DNA of 58,791 nt, counting the filler, from Barthelona sp. PAP020 (taxonomy: Eukaryota): assembly GCA_040182905.1 (NCBI GenBank). It is 4 parts of 4 records of this genome, joined end to end, with 100 filler letters (N's around TTAATTAATTAA, not from the genome) between each part and the next. Parts side by side here need not be neighbours in the genome. Positions count along the whole stretch, not along the records: positions 14,929 to 29,705 come from JARQWU010000297.1; positions 29,806 to 44,357 come from JARQWU010000299.1; 2 more parts are not named here. One strand, given 5' to 3'. Numbering within the stretch: the stretch's first letter is position 1; each line of letters starts with the position of its first letter. Under the pieces are notes generated by a model. The model was not told the DNA's origin. It worked only from the letters and a program-made list of their open reading frames with translations, and did not search any database. The position numbers were made by a program, and so were the translations under genes. Below are positions 20,000 to 30,760 of this stretch, piece by piece.

Positions 20000-20662
20000 T
20001 TACTGAAATCAATTCAAAAGCGTTTTTTGCCTTTGCTTTCTCTGCAACCAAATACTGTTGTTTTACAAAAGAACTAATTATTTAAAAAGTTTTGAGGCAG
20101 TTCATTAATATTCAACTTCAATTTTAGAAATTTGAATTTCCCAACCAATTATTATGTATCGAAACCTACTAGCACCATCATATCTGCAAAATTTAAAGTT
20201 TTACATCAATGTTGAACTAATTACTCAACAATCCCCATATTCTTTGTCAAATCACTATTAATCACTTTCAGTGTCCTGCTGGAGGCAAAATTCCTTTGAG
20301 TCATCAGAAAAAAAGCTAAAAATTGAAATTTATCTTCCACACTTAATGGGTCTGTTGTTATTGAAAGACAAAAAAGGTCAAAAATGTGAATTTGATCATT
20401 ATTGAACATACCCTTTTCAAATGCCAAAAATAACTGGAAAATCAGAATTATAACAATTTTTATGAATTCACAACTGTGTACAATCACCCTATTGAGAAAT
20501 TTAAAAAAATTGCTCTGGAATAGTTCTTGCAAGCCATAACCAGTAAATCCCATTCTATTGCACTCCTTTCTCAAATGGTCAATAAATTGAAATCTTTGAG
20601 AAAGCTAGAAAAGAAATTGAAAACCATATTTTGACAATTTTTTTGGTTTTTCTTATTTATCC

Positions 20663-22774
20663 ATGCTTAGCTTTGAAGAGTTTGAAAGATTAAAAAAAGT
20701 TGAGCAACAACGTGTGAAGAAACGTAGAAAAATTGTTGAAGAACCAGACGAAGATGCATTTGAAAAATTAGATAATTTTGTGAAATCAAATGACGTCACT
20801 ATACCTGGAAGTGAGTTTGCAATGGAAAAGATTATTGCTACTGGAAGTGGTAGCTATTTGCAACTTGCCAAACGATTTGGAAAACTTGTAATTATTAAAT
20901 TTTTTACGAGAAAGATTGAAAAAGATGAATTTGATCGAGAATGTTTTGCGATGGTGTTGGATCATCCATTTATTCGTCAAGTCTTTGGAGTAGCTGAGAT
21001 TGATGGGAAGAAGAGTATTGTAATGGAATATTGTGATGCTGTTCTTGAAGAAATGATTCCTGAATTGTCTTTGAAGGAGAAATTAGTTATTATGATGCAA
21101 GTTTCGTCAACACTTGAGTTTTGTCATATGAGAGGTGTTATGCACAGGGATTTGAAGCCGAACAATGTGTTGTTGAGACGTGATTCTAATGGAGTTTACA
21201 CGCCTGCAATAGCTGATTTTGCGCTTGTTCGGGATGTAAGCAGGAGTTCAGCTAATTCGATGATGAGAGCCATAAGATATGTAGCCCCTGAATTAGCTGA
21301 TCAATCAGAATATGTTAAAGCAATGCCTGCTGATGTTTGGTCTTTTGGTGTTATGATGACTCAGGTAGTTTCCGGTTTTGTTCCATTTGAAGGACTAACC
21401 GATTTTCAAGTTGCTGTTCAGTTAAGTAAGGGACAACTTCCCTATGCCAGGGAGTTATTGGATACAATACCTGGCTTTGGAATTATCAAGCAGTGTTTGG
21501 CAGTTGAGCCATCTGAAAGGCCAACTTTTAGTGAGATTACGGAGTACTTGCAAATGCTTGTTGAACGTTTTGAAGGATTTGGATGTGACCAGAAGAGGTT
21601 GTTGAACGAGAATAACGCGTTAAAAGAGGAAAAGAGAACTTGGCTCTTGGAGAAAACAGGGTATGAACAGAGGGTCAAAAGTTTGACCCAACATGTTGAT
21701 GAACTGAAAGAAGAAAAAGAGATGTGGGTGAATAAAGAAAAAGAATTAATCACTCAAAGCCTAGAATTTTCTAGCCAAATCGATCGTTTGACAAAACAAC
21801 TGAATGAACTTATGAACAACAATGATGGAAATCCACCAATTGAAAATAGAAAACAAGTTATTCCAGTCAAAAGTGTTGGAGAAGAGCCTGTATTTAGTGC
21901 GGAGTTTCCTGACACATCAGTTAATGGCCTTGCTTACAGTTCTGATGGACGTTTTTTTGCAGTTTCAGGAAGTTGCAGAAATAGACTCAAAGTATACAAC
22001 ACTAAAACACATGAAATTGTGCATGAAGGGGTATACGCATATAGTTATGATCTTAATTTTAGTCCAGACTCCAAACTGTTGGCTGTTGGTGATTTTGGTC
22101 GTGCAATTCATATCATCGAGGTTGATACTTGGAGAACAGTAAGAGTGATTAGGGGTATGGCAAGGAATGTGAGACATGTGTGGTTTTCACCAGATGAAAA
22201 ATTGCTTTTTTTTGGTATGCTTGATGGTTACATTGGCATATACATGCTTAAAGATCAGAAGTTGCATGAATTTCAAGCACATGAAAACCAAGTTCGAACT
22301 GTACGTATCAGCCCCGATATGAAATACTTTGCTTCTGTTAGCGAGGATGGATGTTCAAAGTTGTTTTCATTGGAGACGTATGAAGAGCTTCACACTTGGA
22401 GTCATGATGCAATCTCGGTCATATCAGGCAGTTTCTCACCCGATAGTGCTTATTGGGTGACAGGTGATCAACATGGCATAATCAGGACATTTAATGTTGG
22501 ATCTAGAGAGTTGTTGGGAAAGTATAAGGTTCATGGTAATGGAATATTTTCAATTATTTTCTCTCCAGATGGTTTGTTGGTCTATTCTGGTTGTTCTGAT
22601 AAATCATTTGCTGCAATTCGAAGAGAAACAGGTCAATTGCTACAGAAAGTGAGTGTGTCTTTTCAAATTTGGGCTATGGCTCTCAGTCATGATGGTAATT
22701 GTTTGTTGTGTAGTGGTTATATTGATGGAAAAACAAAAGTTCCAATTCAAGAATTCATCGCTCCAAAGTTGTAA
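20663..22774 (+). CDS. Protein kinase (TKL-like, possibly impaired) + coiled coil + WD40 propeller
   Basis: VIIK, HRDLKPNN, DFA, RYVAPE and DVWSFG; central heptad region; C-terminal FSPD-type WD40 blades (AHENQVRTVRISPD, VHGNGIFSIIFSPDG). Confidence 0.9.
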   Translation: MLSFEEFERLKKVEQQRVKKRRKIVEEPDEDAFEKLDNFVKSNDVTIPGSEFAMEKIIATGSGSYLQLAKRFGKLVIIKFFTRKIEKDEFDRECFAMVLDHPFIRQVFGVAEIDGKKSIVMEYCDAVLEEMIPELSLKEKLVIMMQVSSTLEFCHMRGVMHRDLKPNNVLLRRDSNGVYTPAIADFALVRDVSRSSANSMMRAIRYVAPELADQSEYVKAMPADVWSFGVMMTQVVSGFVPFEGLTDFQVAVQLSKGQLPYARELLDTIPGFGIIKQCLAVEPSERPTFSEITEYLQMLVERFEGFGCDQKRLLNENNALKEEKRTWLLEKTGYEQRVKSLTQHVDELKEEKEMWVNKEKELITQSLEFSSQIDRLTKQLNELMNNNDGNPPIENRKQVIPVKSVGEEPVFSAEFPDTSVNGLAYSSDGRFFAVSGSCRNRLKVYNTKTHEIVHEGVYAYSYDLNFSPDSKLLAVGDFGRAIHIIEVDTWRTVRVIRGMARNVRHVWFSPDEKLLFFGMLDGYIGIYMLKDQKLHEFQAHENQVRTVRISPDMKYFASVSEDGCSKLFSLETYEELHTWSHDAISVISGSFSPDSAYWVTGDQHGIIRTFNVGSRELLGKYKVHGNGIFSIIFSPDGLLVYSGCSDKSFAAIRRETGQLLQKVSVSFQIWAMALSHDGNCLLCSGYIDGKTKVPIQEFIAPKL

Positions 22775-23504
22775 ACAACATTTTGCATGTATATATGTAT
22801 CTCCCATAATTACCTGTTTCTGCTCACTTTATCGTCTTTTCAACCTTTGTGTAAATTTAAAACATCTTTTGTTTTCATCATGTTATCATTTTCATAGTCT
22901 GTTTCCATAACATCAGCCAGTTTGTATATCAACAAAATGATCCCATCAACAACCAAATCATTCAAAAATTCGTGACTTTTGTTGAAGTGTTCTCTTTGCT
23001 TATATTTCACTCTTATATCAATTTACAGTGTTGTTTATCATAAGTTCTTTTGCATTTATTCAATTTTAACAAAACATAGAAATCCTCTTGAGACTCGTGG
23101 CCTGTGAACAAGTTCAATTGTTTTGACGAAACTTATCCCTTAAGACCTACGGACTCACGTTTGACATGAGTTATCAATCGAATCTGACACTCTGCCCAAA
23201 TTATCAATGATATAAAGGCACAACATAACTCTAATCTTGCCACTTTTCATGCTTTTCGGACAACATTCATCTGTTAAATTAGCCCATAAATACACTCAAT
23301 ATCCCTTCATCATTATCCAAACAAATAGACTTATTGTCAATAGGCTTCCAATCTCAAAGAGAAACTTATTCAATCAAATGTGACAAGAGGAAATCCCTTC
23401 AACCTAGACGTTAAAAAGAATCGTTAATTAAAAAAACAACACTAACTAAGCATTTATTAAAGACAAGAGACAAAAACATCCTCCTAAAGCTTGTCTAACA
23501 CAAG

Positions 23505-25175
23505 TTAAGATTCCAAATTACCAGTTTCAGCTATAAACTTTGGATATTCTCCCCAAAATAAAAATCGAATGATTCCTTGAGGACGTAAGATATCAACAAT
23601 AGCTGGAATAGGGTTTTGAACGTCAATTGATTTTTTTTTTGCAATGATTCTCAATGAACTATTTTTATATGTTGTTAACTTGGTCTTTTTTGCTAAAATA
23701 TTGATGTTACCAATCAATACCCAAGAAGGTATAATACAAAGCTGAGAAAATATAATATTGAATATTCTCGGGGAAACAATCAAATAGTCAAGCAATACGT
23801 AAATACATGCTAACATAAAATGAGAATATATCAAAGCTAAATCAAAAATAATGAAGAAAACTAACAGTAAAGTACTCAAAAACCTATGAGAAGTCGAAAA
23901 CCTATCTTGAAATTGCATGACTTGCTCATTATTTAAAGTTGAAATGTATTGGTTCCCAGTTGAAGAATAAACCAACGATTTAATGATCTTAATAACATTA
24001 GTATGAGAGAAACCCAATGCCAAACTAATTACTTTTAAAGGAGTTAATGGAAGCAGTAATAAATCAATAAATAAAGCTAAAGCATGATTTAGTCCTGTTA
24101 AAGAAACAATCAACACAAGCCGGGTAATAAAATGCACATATCTAATCAAAAATGGCTGTAAAGCTAATAAAACAGTGTTTAAACTAACAACCCATGGTTT
24201 AAAGATCGTGATGAAAAATGGATTTGACGGAAACAAGTTTGCAATGTTCAGAATGTTTGACGTGAAAAAATTAATCATAGCTAGGACTCCTTGCCCCATA
24301 AGCTCAAGATATTTTTGAAGCGCAAAGTAATTAACAAATGCGAGAATACCCAAAGCAAAATTCATACCTATCACCAGATATCTTTTCAACACTTCATAGT
24401 TACTCTTGCTTTGTTTCAATGGTCCTTCTAAATCAGTGAACGATTCGTTGGGAATGATAGCTATCGGTTGTTTCAAAATGCTAATAATCATGCCCACGTA
24501 ACAGCTTAACACATTAGGAAAGATAAATCGCAAAACTTTAAATATTACTCGACAAAGATAATTATTCTTAGCTAGATCAAACAATCTGAAAAACAAAAAG
24601 AACATTAAACTTTGAGATAATTGCACTAACCTAAGAAAAAAAGAAATATCGTTTCTCTTACGATCTTTCACCATCAAAAACATTAATTCATCCAATATGT
24701 AAGGAGACCAATTCAAATAATGTATCATTTCATCCAAAAATATTTTGTTGGTGGAATTCACTAACTTCTCAATTGGTTGATTCTTTTTTGGTAAATCAAA
24801 ATATGTGGTCTGTATAGCCTCTCTATAGACTGTCCCAAAACTTTCAAAAGTTCTAATAACAGGCATATCATGACGTTTAGAATTGGATAAACTTATCCAA
24901 ATATCCTCTTCATCATGTAAATCATTCAAATAATGTCCATATTTAAATTTAGATGAATGCCATTCACCTAAAACCCTTAATATTGGTAATTCTTTTGGAT
25001 ATAATGTTGAATCGTCATGTAAAGACTGATTTAATTCATCTAAATATTGCCTCAATTCAGTCATTTCAATATTAGAAATAACATCAACAATTATTACATT
25101 TAATTTTGATGTATTATATCCAATTAAATAACCTACCTCTTTTTTAGAAATATGATTTGGAATTAATGCAAACAT
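23505..25175 (-). CDS. PIGQ: GPI-GlcNAc transferase subunit PIG-Q/Gpi1-like membrane protein
   Basis: N-terminal GYLIGYN motif, and SLTGLNHALALFIDLLLL...IKSLVYSSTGNQY...LSTLLLVFF follows the Gpi1 transmembrane region as recalled. Start set at ATG 25175 (MFALIP); ATG 25241 is also possible. Confidence 0.68.
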   Translation of the reverse strand: MFALIPNHISKKEVGYLIGYNTSKLNVIIVDVISNIEMTELRQYLDELNQSLHDDSTLYPKELPILRVLGEWHSSKFKYGHYLNDLHDEEDIWISLSNSKRHDMPVIRTFESFGTVYREAIQTTYFDLPKKNQPIEKLVNSTNKIFLDEMIHYLNWSPYILDELMFLMVKDRKRNDISFFLRLVQLSQSLMFFLFFRLFDLAKNNYLCRVIFKVLRFIFPNVLSCYVGMIISILKQPIAIIPNESFTDLEGPLKQSKSNYEVLKRYLVIGMNFALGILAFVNYFALQKYLELMGQGVLAMINFFTSNILNIANLFPSNPFFITIFKPWVVSLNTVLLALQPFLIRYVHFITRLVLIVSLTGLNHALALFIDLLLLPLTPLKVISLALGFSHTNVIKIIKSLVYSSTGNQYISTLNNEQVMQFQDRFSTSHRFLSTLLLVFFIIFDLALIYSHFMLACIYVLLDYLIVSPRIFNIIFSQLCIIPSWVLIGNINILAKKTKLTTYKNSSLRIIAKKKSIDVQNPIPAIVDILRPQGIIRFLFWGEYPKFIAETGNLES

Positions 25176-25470
25176 ATCATTATTCTTCAAAAAAAAAATG
25201 GACAAAACAACCATTTTTCCAGTTTTTATAATTTCCTTCATGTTGCGTCTTTTGTTTGTTATTACCCAGTTTTTATTCTTTTTGCGTGTCTTGTAAATGT
25301 TTTTAGGTTAGAGCTTGTATTTTTGACAAACATTTATTCTTCCAACATCATCAACATCTTTTCAATATTTTGCACCGTTTCACTCAAAATAGGAAATATT
25401 AAAAAAAAATTCAACCAAAAAGTAAAAAAGCATTTGCAATATTATATTTATTCATGAAAATATCAATGTT

Positions 25471-27588
25471 ATGAACGAATCATACCTATCTTTATTAGAA
25501 GAAAGAAAATCGCTACCAGTTTACAAATCTAAAGATAGTTTAGTCAAAGCTATCAGCGAAAATCAAGTAATAATTTTTCAAAGTTCAACAGGCTCCGGGA
25601 AATCAACTCAAATACCTCAAATTCTATTTGAAGAAGGTTATCATATGAATGGAATTATTGGTATTTGTCAACCACGTAGAGTTGCTGCAATTAGCCTTGC
25701 TGATAGAGTTAAAACTGAAATGACACAACATAATGGTGAAGAAATTGTTGGATATACTGTAAGATTTGAGGATAATACAACATCAAACACACGAATAAAA
25801 TTTATGACTGATGGTATTCTTTTGAGAGAATTTATCAGTGACAACGCTCTATCCAAATATAGTTGTATCATTGTTGATGAAGCTCATGAGCGAAATTTAA
25901 ATACTGATATTATATTAGGTTTGTTGAAAGCACTAATACGAAAACGCATTGACATAAAGGTTATTGTTACTTCTGCTACAATTAACTGTAGTTTATTTTC
26001 TTCATTCTTCTTCAATTGTCCAGTTCTGCATGTGGAAGGGCGCAGTTATGATGTTAAAGTTGAGTACGTAAGTCAAAAATTAGAAGATAACTATTGTGAA
26101 GCAATAACTAAGCAGATCATATACATTCACTCAACTTTTGACAAAGGAAATATATTAGTGTTTTTACCTGGTAAGGAGGATATTAATACTGTTATTGAAG
26201 GTGTTCAAACGTTGATTAAAGAGGAGGAATTGAATGAAGCTGACATATTACCTTTTCATTCTTCTTTGAGTATTAAAGCACAACGTGCCATATTTGCTCG
26301 AGGTTCACGACGAAAGATTATTGTTGCAACCAACTTGGCAGAAACTTCATTGACCATAACCGACATCGTTTTTGTGATAGACAGTGGTTATTACAAGAGT
26401 AAGTTGTACAATGCGCGAATAGGAATCGATTATCTTGTCAAAAGAATGATTTCACGCAATCAGGCAGAACAAAGAAAAGGTAGATGCGGACGTATATGCG
26501 ACGGAATTTGCTATCGTATGTATACAAGGTTTCAACATGATAGAGAGATGGATAATGATATAGAACCCGAAATATTGAGAAGTTCGTTATCTCAATTGCT
26601 TTTATTATTTGCAGGAATGAACATCAATCCATATCATTTTGACTTTCTCACCAAACCAAATGATGATGCGTTACACAGTGCTATTACAGAATTATGTCGT
26701 TTGCAAGCTATAAATGAAGATGATATTAGTACCCTTACTAACTTGGGAAAAGAAATGTTAAGATACCCTCTGTCTCCACGTCATTCTTTGTTTCTTATTC
26801 GATCCTTTGAGTTCGATTGTCTTCCAGAGGCAATTAAGATTGTTTCGATGCTTTCTGCTTCAGACGTATTTCTGTTCACTAAAAACGAAAGAATTTTGAG
26901 CAATCGATTGAATTTGATGAATGTTTCGAGTGATCATCTTACCCTTCTCAATCTCTATCAATTATGTGCTTCACAAACTGAGGATAATTTGAAATTTTTA
27001 TGCAAAAAATACGGGGTTAATGAAAAAATCATTAAAAGGGTGTTCAATGTTGCTGAACAATTGCAACAGATCGTTAGCATGAATCAATATTCCAACACCA
27101 AAAAAACCCAACAACTCAAAGAATTAAATCTGCAAACTTCAAGTGCTCAAGACCTTTTGATCGCCTTATCCTTTGCAAATTTTACTCATGTGGCTCAACA
27201 AGACAAATTAACGCAAAATACCTTTACAGATTTGTTTTCAGGCGTTACTTGTGAATTATCCAAGTCTAGTTCTTTGCGTGATCAACATCTTCCAAGCAAC
27301 TATATTATTTATGAAGAGTTGTTTTCTCATGGTCACAAGGAGATGTTTAATATTGCTACCGTAGTCGATCATAATTGGATTTTGCAGGCTGCTCCACATC
27401 TGTTTGAAGAAATATACAAGGGCAACATCTTTCCAACAAAGACCCTATCTTCAATGACCCCAATATCAAAAAAGCCTAACAACGACATTGAATCCAACCC
27501 TGAATCATCACAAACACAAAAGCCAAAAGAAACTTGCTCCAACAAGGCCAACTCCAAGCTTAAATCACGTCGCAGAAGGAAGCTGTAA
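25471..27588 (+). CDS. DEAH-box RNA helicase, spliceosomal type (closest impression Prp16/DHX38)
   Basis: GSGKST, QPRRVAA, DEAHER, VTSAT, TNLAETSLTI, QRKGRCGR, then HA2/OB region. KLYNARIGID resembles Prp16 KVFNPRIGMD. Paralog assignment needs phylogeny. Confidence 0.88.
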   Translation: MNESYLSLLEERKSLPVYKSKDSLVKAISENQVIIFQSSTGSGKSTQIPQILFEEGYHMNGIIGICQPRRVAAISLADRVKTEMTQHNGEEIVGYTVRFEDNTTSNTRIKFMTDGILLREFISDNALSKYSCIIVDEAHERNLNTDIILGLLKALIRKRIDIKVIVTSATINCSLFSSFFFNCPVLHVEGRSYDVKVEYVSQKLEDNYCEAITKQIIYIHSTFDKGNILVFLPGKEDINTVIEGVQTLIKEEELNEADILPFHSSLSIKAQRAIFARGSRRKIIVATNLAETSLTITDIVFVIDSGYYKSKLYNARIGIDYLVKRMISRNQAEQRKGRCGRICDGICYRMYTRFQHDREMDNDIEPEILRSSLSQLLLLFAGMNINPYHFDFLTKPNDDALHSAITELCRLQAINEDDISTLTNLGKEMLRYPLSPRHSLFLIRSFEFDCLPEAIKIVSMLSASDVFLFTKNERILSNRLNLMNVSSDHLTLLNLYQLCASQTEDNLKFLCKKYGVNEKIIKRVFNVAEQLQQIVSMNQYSNTKKTQQLKELNLQTSSAQDLLIALSFANFTHVAQQDKLTQNTFTDLFSGVTCELSKSSSLRDQHLPSNYIIYEELFSHGHKEMFNIATVVDHNWILQAAPHLFEEIYKGNIFPTKTLSSMTPISKKPNNDIESNPESSQTQKPKETCSNKANSKLKSRRRRKL

Positions 27589-27727
27589 ATTGTTACAAAT
27601 CTTTTCTTTTTCTTTACCTTGAAAATTGGTTATTTCCAATCAAACAATAAAAAACTGTATGTGTATTTTACCAATGCTTAAACCATTGTGCTGAACAAAG
27701 TTGCATTTGTCCGGAAAAAAAATTTGC

Positions 27728-29705
27728 TTACCTCATCCTTCTTACATAATTTCTCTTGCGTAAATCGACGTTGACACTTCCTGACTTGCTTATTCTTTCG
27801 AAAGTACCCTCTGATATCAATTGATTAATGCCAATCTTCACGATTTTTCTGGGAAATGCTTGATGAATTTTCATTAACTGACTAACGCTAATCTTTACAC
27901 CTGTTTGAAGAGAATTGACCAGTTTCATCTTTATTGTTTTCAATTGAGCAGCTTCTTTGACATCTAATCCTTGAGATTCTTTTACAGTTTCTAACGAACT
28001 GTTGTTCATAGTGGAAGCTTTGAATAGATCAATGGCTTTATCTGCATGATCACCGTTTGCTTCAGCTTTCAATTCCATTCTTGCAAAACTTTCAGTAATA
28101 CGTACTAACGCTTCTAACTGACGAATAGATAATGGGAACTTTGAATCTCCACTTCGTATTGTGGTATAAAACCTCTGTAGCTTATCACTTGCTTCAGCAG
28201 ATATCACTGGCGCAATCATACTCCTTGCAAATGCAATATAATTCTTCAAAAACACTGTGTCATTTTCATCATCGTTTATACTTCTTTGTCCAAGATTAGT
28301 GTGAGATCTTAACACTTGTGCCGCAATCTCGGTATCTTTTTTAATATTTACAACATCTCTAATTACAAAAATAATATCAAAACGAGATAAAATGGTAGAT
28401 TGAAAGACAACTTGATCTTCAAAAGTCTTATCCTCAACAAATTGCCCATACTTTGGATTTGCTGCAGCTAAAATTGAACACCTACTGTTCAAAACTGTTG
28501 TGATTCCTGCTTTTGCTATAGAAATGGTCTGTTGTTCCATTGCCTCATGAATAGCTACAATTGTTTCAACACTTGTTTTTTCAAACTCATCAATACAAAC
28601 AACACCACAATCTGCAAGAACTAACGCACCAGATTCAAGTACAAATTCACCACTTGCGCTGTCTCTGATAACAGTAGCTGTTAAACCTGCACTTGACGAA
28701 GATTTTCCCGAAGTATAGACTGAAATAGGAGCAACATGATGGGTAAATTTCAAAAATTGTGATTTGGCAGTGGAGGGATCACCCAACAATAAAATATTGA
28801 TATCACCACGAACTCTCAAACCATCAGAAAAAACTTTTCTTGTACCTCCAAATAACATCGAAGCAATAGCCATTTTAATTGAATCGTGACCAACAATTTG
28901 AGGTGCGATTTTCTCTTTTATATCACGAATAACATTTCGTTTAGCAGCGTATTCCCTAAATTCATTAATTTGCTCTGTAGTGAAAGACGTGACGTCTTCC
29001 AATTTATCAAGGTGATCAATACCAATACCTCTGATATAACTGCTTCTGATGAATTCAGAATCTTTATTTCCACGACTAAAAGCTCCGTATAATCCACATA
29101 TGGCTATTCTTTGACCCGGTTGAACAATATTACAAAGATTTCTGTCAAGAGTGATTAATACATTCTGAGGCAGCTCACCAGCGGGAACATTTTCAGGAAA
29201 TTCTTGTAATTTTATGGTTTGAACATCAATATATTCACACATTCGAGGAATAACTTGATAAGGATTTCTTTCACAAGTGGAACGACCAGAACTACTGTCA
29301 ATGGTTGCTGTATTTGCACATCTTTTGGGTAAAACAGTTTTTCCGAATCCATAAGGAATTGGCAAATGTTGAATATCTCCACAAGTTCTGCATCTAACAG
29401 TCAAAATTCTAGCTTTTGGTTTAACTCTTGCAGCAGAAATTACAATACCATGTAATTGAATCAATGAGTTAACACTTGAACTCGTTAAATCACGAAATCC
29501 AATGTTCAATCGACGATAATTAATGAGAATTTGAAATGGATATTCGCGTTCTTGAGATGAAAATCTGTCCATAACAAACCTATTTAATGCCTTTTCAAAA
29601 TAGTACAAATAATCAGAAGGCTTTGTAGTCAATTTATTTGCCAATTCTTCTTTATAATTCATTAAATCTTCCATATAAACTTTTAAGTAATATTTTTGCT
29701 GCTGT
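27728..29705 (-). CDS. MCM5: DNA replication licensing factor MCM5, 5' end truncated by the linker
   Basis: YYLKVYMEDL...ELA, RGDINILLLGDPSTAKSQFLKF, VYTSGKSSSSAGLTA, IDEFEK and the LSRFD arginine finger. The frame stays open to the gap. Confidence 0.93.
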
Positions 29706-29805
29706 NNNNNNNNNNNNNNNNNNNNNNNNNNNNNNNNNNNNNNNNNNNNTTAATTAATTAANNNNNNNNNNNNNNNNNNNNNNNNNNNNNNNNNNNNNNN
29801 NNNNN
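29706..29805. other. Artificial scaffold-joining linker
   Basis: N44-TTAATTAATTAA (29750-29761)-N44. Confidence 0.97.
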
Positions 29806-29927
29806 TCACAATTATTACCAAATATATTAACAAAAGACACTAATTCATTCACAAATTTTTGAATATTACCCAATGTAACCGTATGATTAACAGGTAAATG
29901 CTTCGAATAGTCAACTTCCAGTTCCAT
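29806..29927 (-). CDS. WASHC3: WASH complex subunit 3 (CCDC53), N-terminal 40 aa, truncated by the linker
   Basis: Not in the ORF track. ATG 29927 gives MELEVDYSKHLPVNHTVTLGNIQKFVNELVSFVNIFGNNC(E), collinear with the CCDC53 N-terminus (IDLTKVPAI...LNQFVVHTVQFLNRFSTVCE). T-tract upstream. Confidence 0.75.
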
Positions 29928-30611
29928 AATCGTAAAAAAAAAGAGAAATAATCAACTGATTTTCACCAACGGTCAAAATAACAGAAGGGTATTCATATAA
30001 GACAAATAAAATATGCTGTGTGAAAAATTTACAAAAACCAACAAAACTGAAAAACACCATGATGGAGGCAAAGAAGATGAAAGAATAAATCATCCAAATT
30101 TGGTACCGCAATGACTCCAAAATCTAACACCACTAACAAATAGCAAAAGAAAATCATTGAACAAACAAGAGTTCAAGAGAAAATAGAATTGATCGTTGCT
30201 ATCAGTTGAATGAATATCAATAGCAAAAAAACAAAGGACTAATTGAAAACCACTAAAAATAAATTGAAAACAAGAAAACAAAAATGAATTTGAAGATTTA
30301 AAGTGCCAAAGATCAACGACCCAAAAGATGAACAAAAATATCATAAAATACATATTTAAATAGTCTCCAAAAAAAACAACATCCAATTGACAAATCAATA
30401 TAATATATATCAAAATATTTATAAATATCCATATGTTTGACATTATATGAGGAATTTTCAACATTAAAGTGTTTTTTTGATGTTTTATACAAGGTCCTTC
30501 AATATATCTCTTTGAATGGTCGATTTTCGGTTCAACATTCTGACTTTCGTCATCAATTAGAATATGTAAAGATTGTTGTTGTTCCAAATCATTATGTGTG
30601 TCAAGATCCAT
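29911..30611 (-). CDS. Hypothetical multi-pass membrane protein with an apparent single frameshift near 30120
   Basis: ORF from ATG 30611 (MDLDTH) has about 4 hydrophobic segments and stops at 30090. A second frame (30120-29911) adds another transmembrane segment. One extra base in the A4 run at 30119-30122 would fuse the two. Confidence 0.5.
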
Positions 30612-30760
30612 ATAATAAATTAAATTGGAAGAACAATCGTCAAAGAAAAAGAAAAAGAAAATATGATAAAAAAAATTCAAGAAAGAATGACAAAAATAAA
30701 AAAATAGAGAAATATCCAACATTTTATTTATTAACAAAAAAAAAGGAATACTTAAAAAGA

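Noticed and set aside
19399..20085. Long ORFs through the N gap
   Set aside because: Artefacts of translating N.
20221..20574. 117-aa minus-strand ORF, and a CTGATGA...GAAA/CTGA motif suggesting a hammerhead ribozyme or C/D snoRNA
   Set aside because: The ORF starts at TTG and has no recognisable content. Hammerhead stem II cannot form, and the C-D spacing is too short with no valid guide.
30125..30167. Possible intron (GTTTGT...TTAG) to repair the frameshift
   Set aside because: No CT(A/G)AC branch point, and the splice phase does not join the two hydrophobic ORFs.
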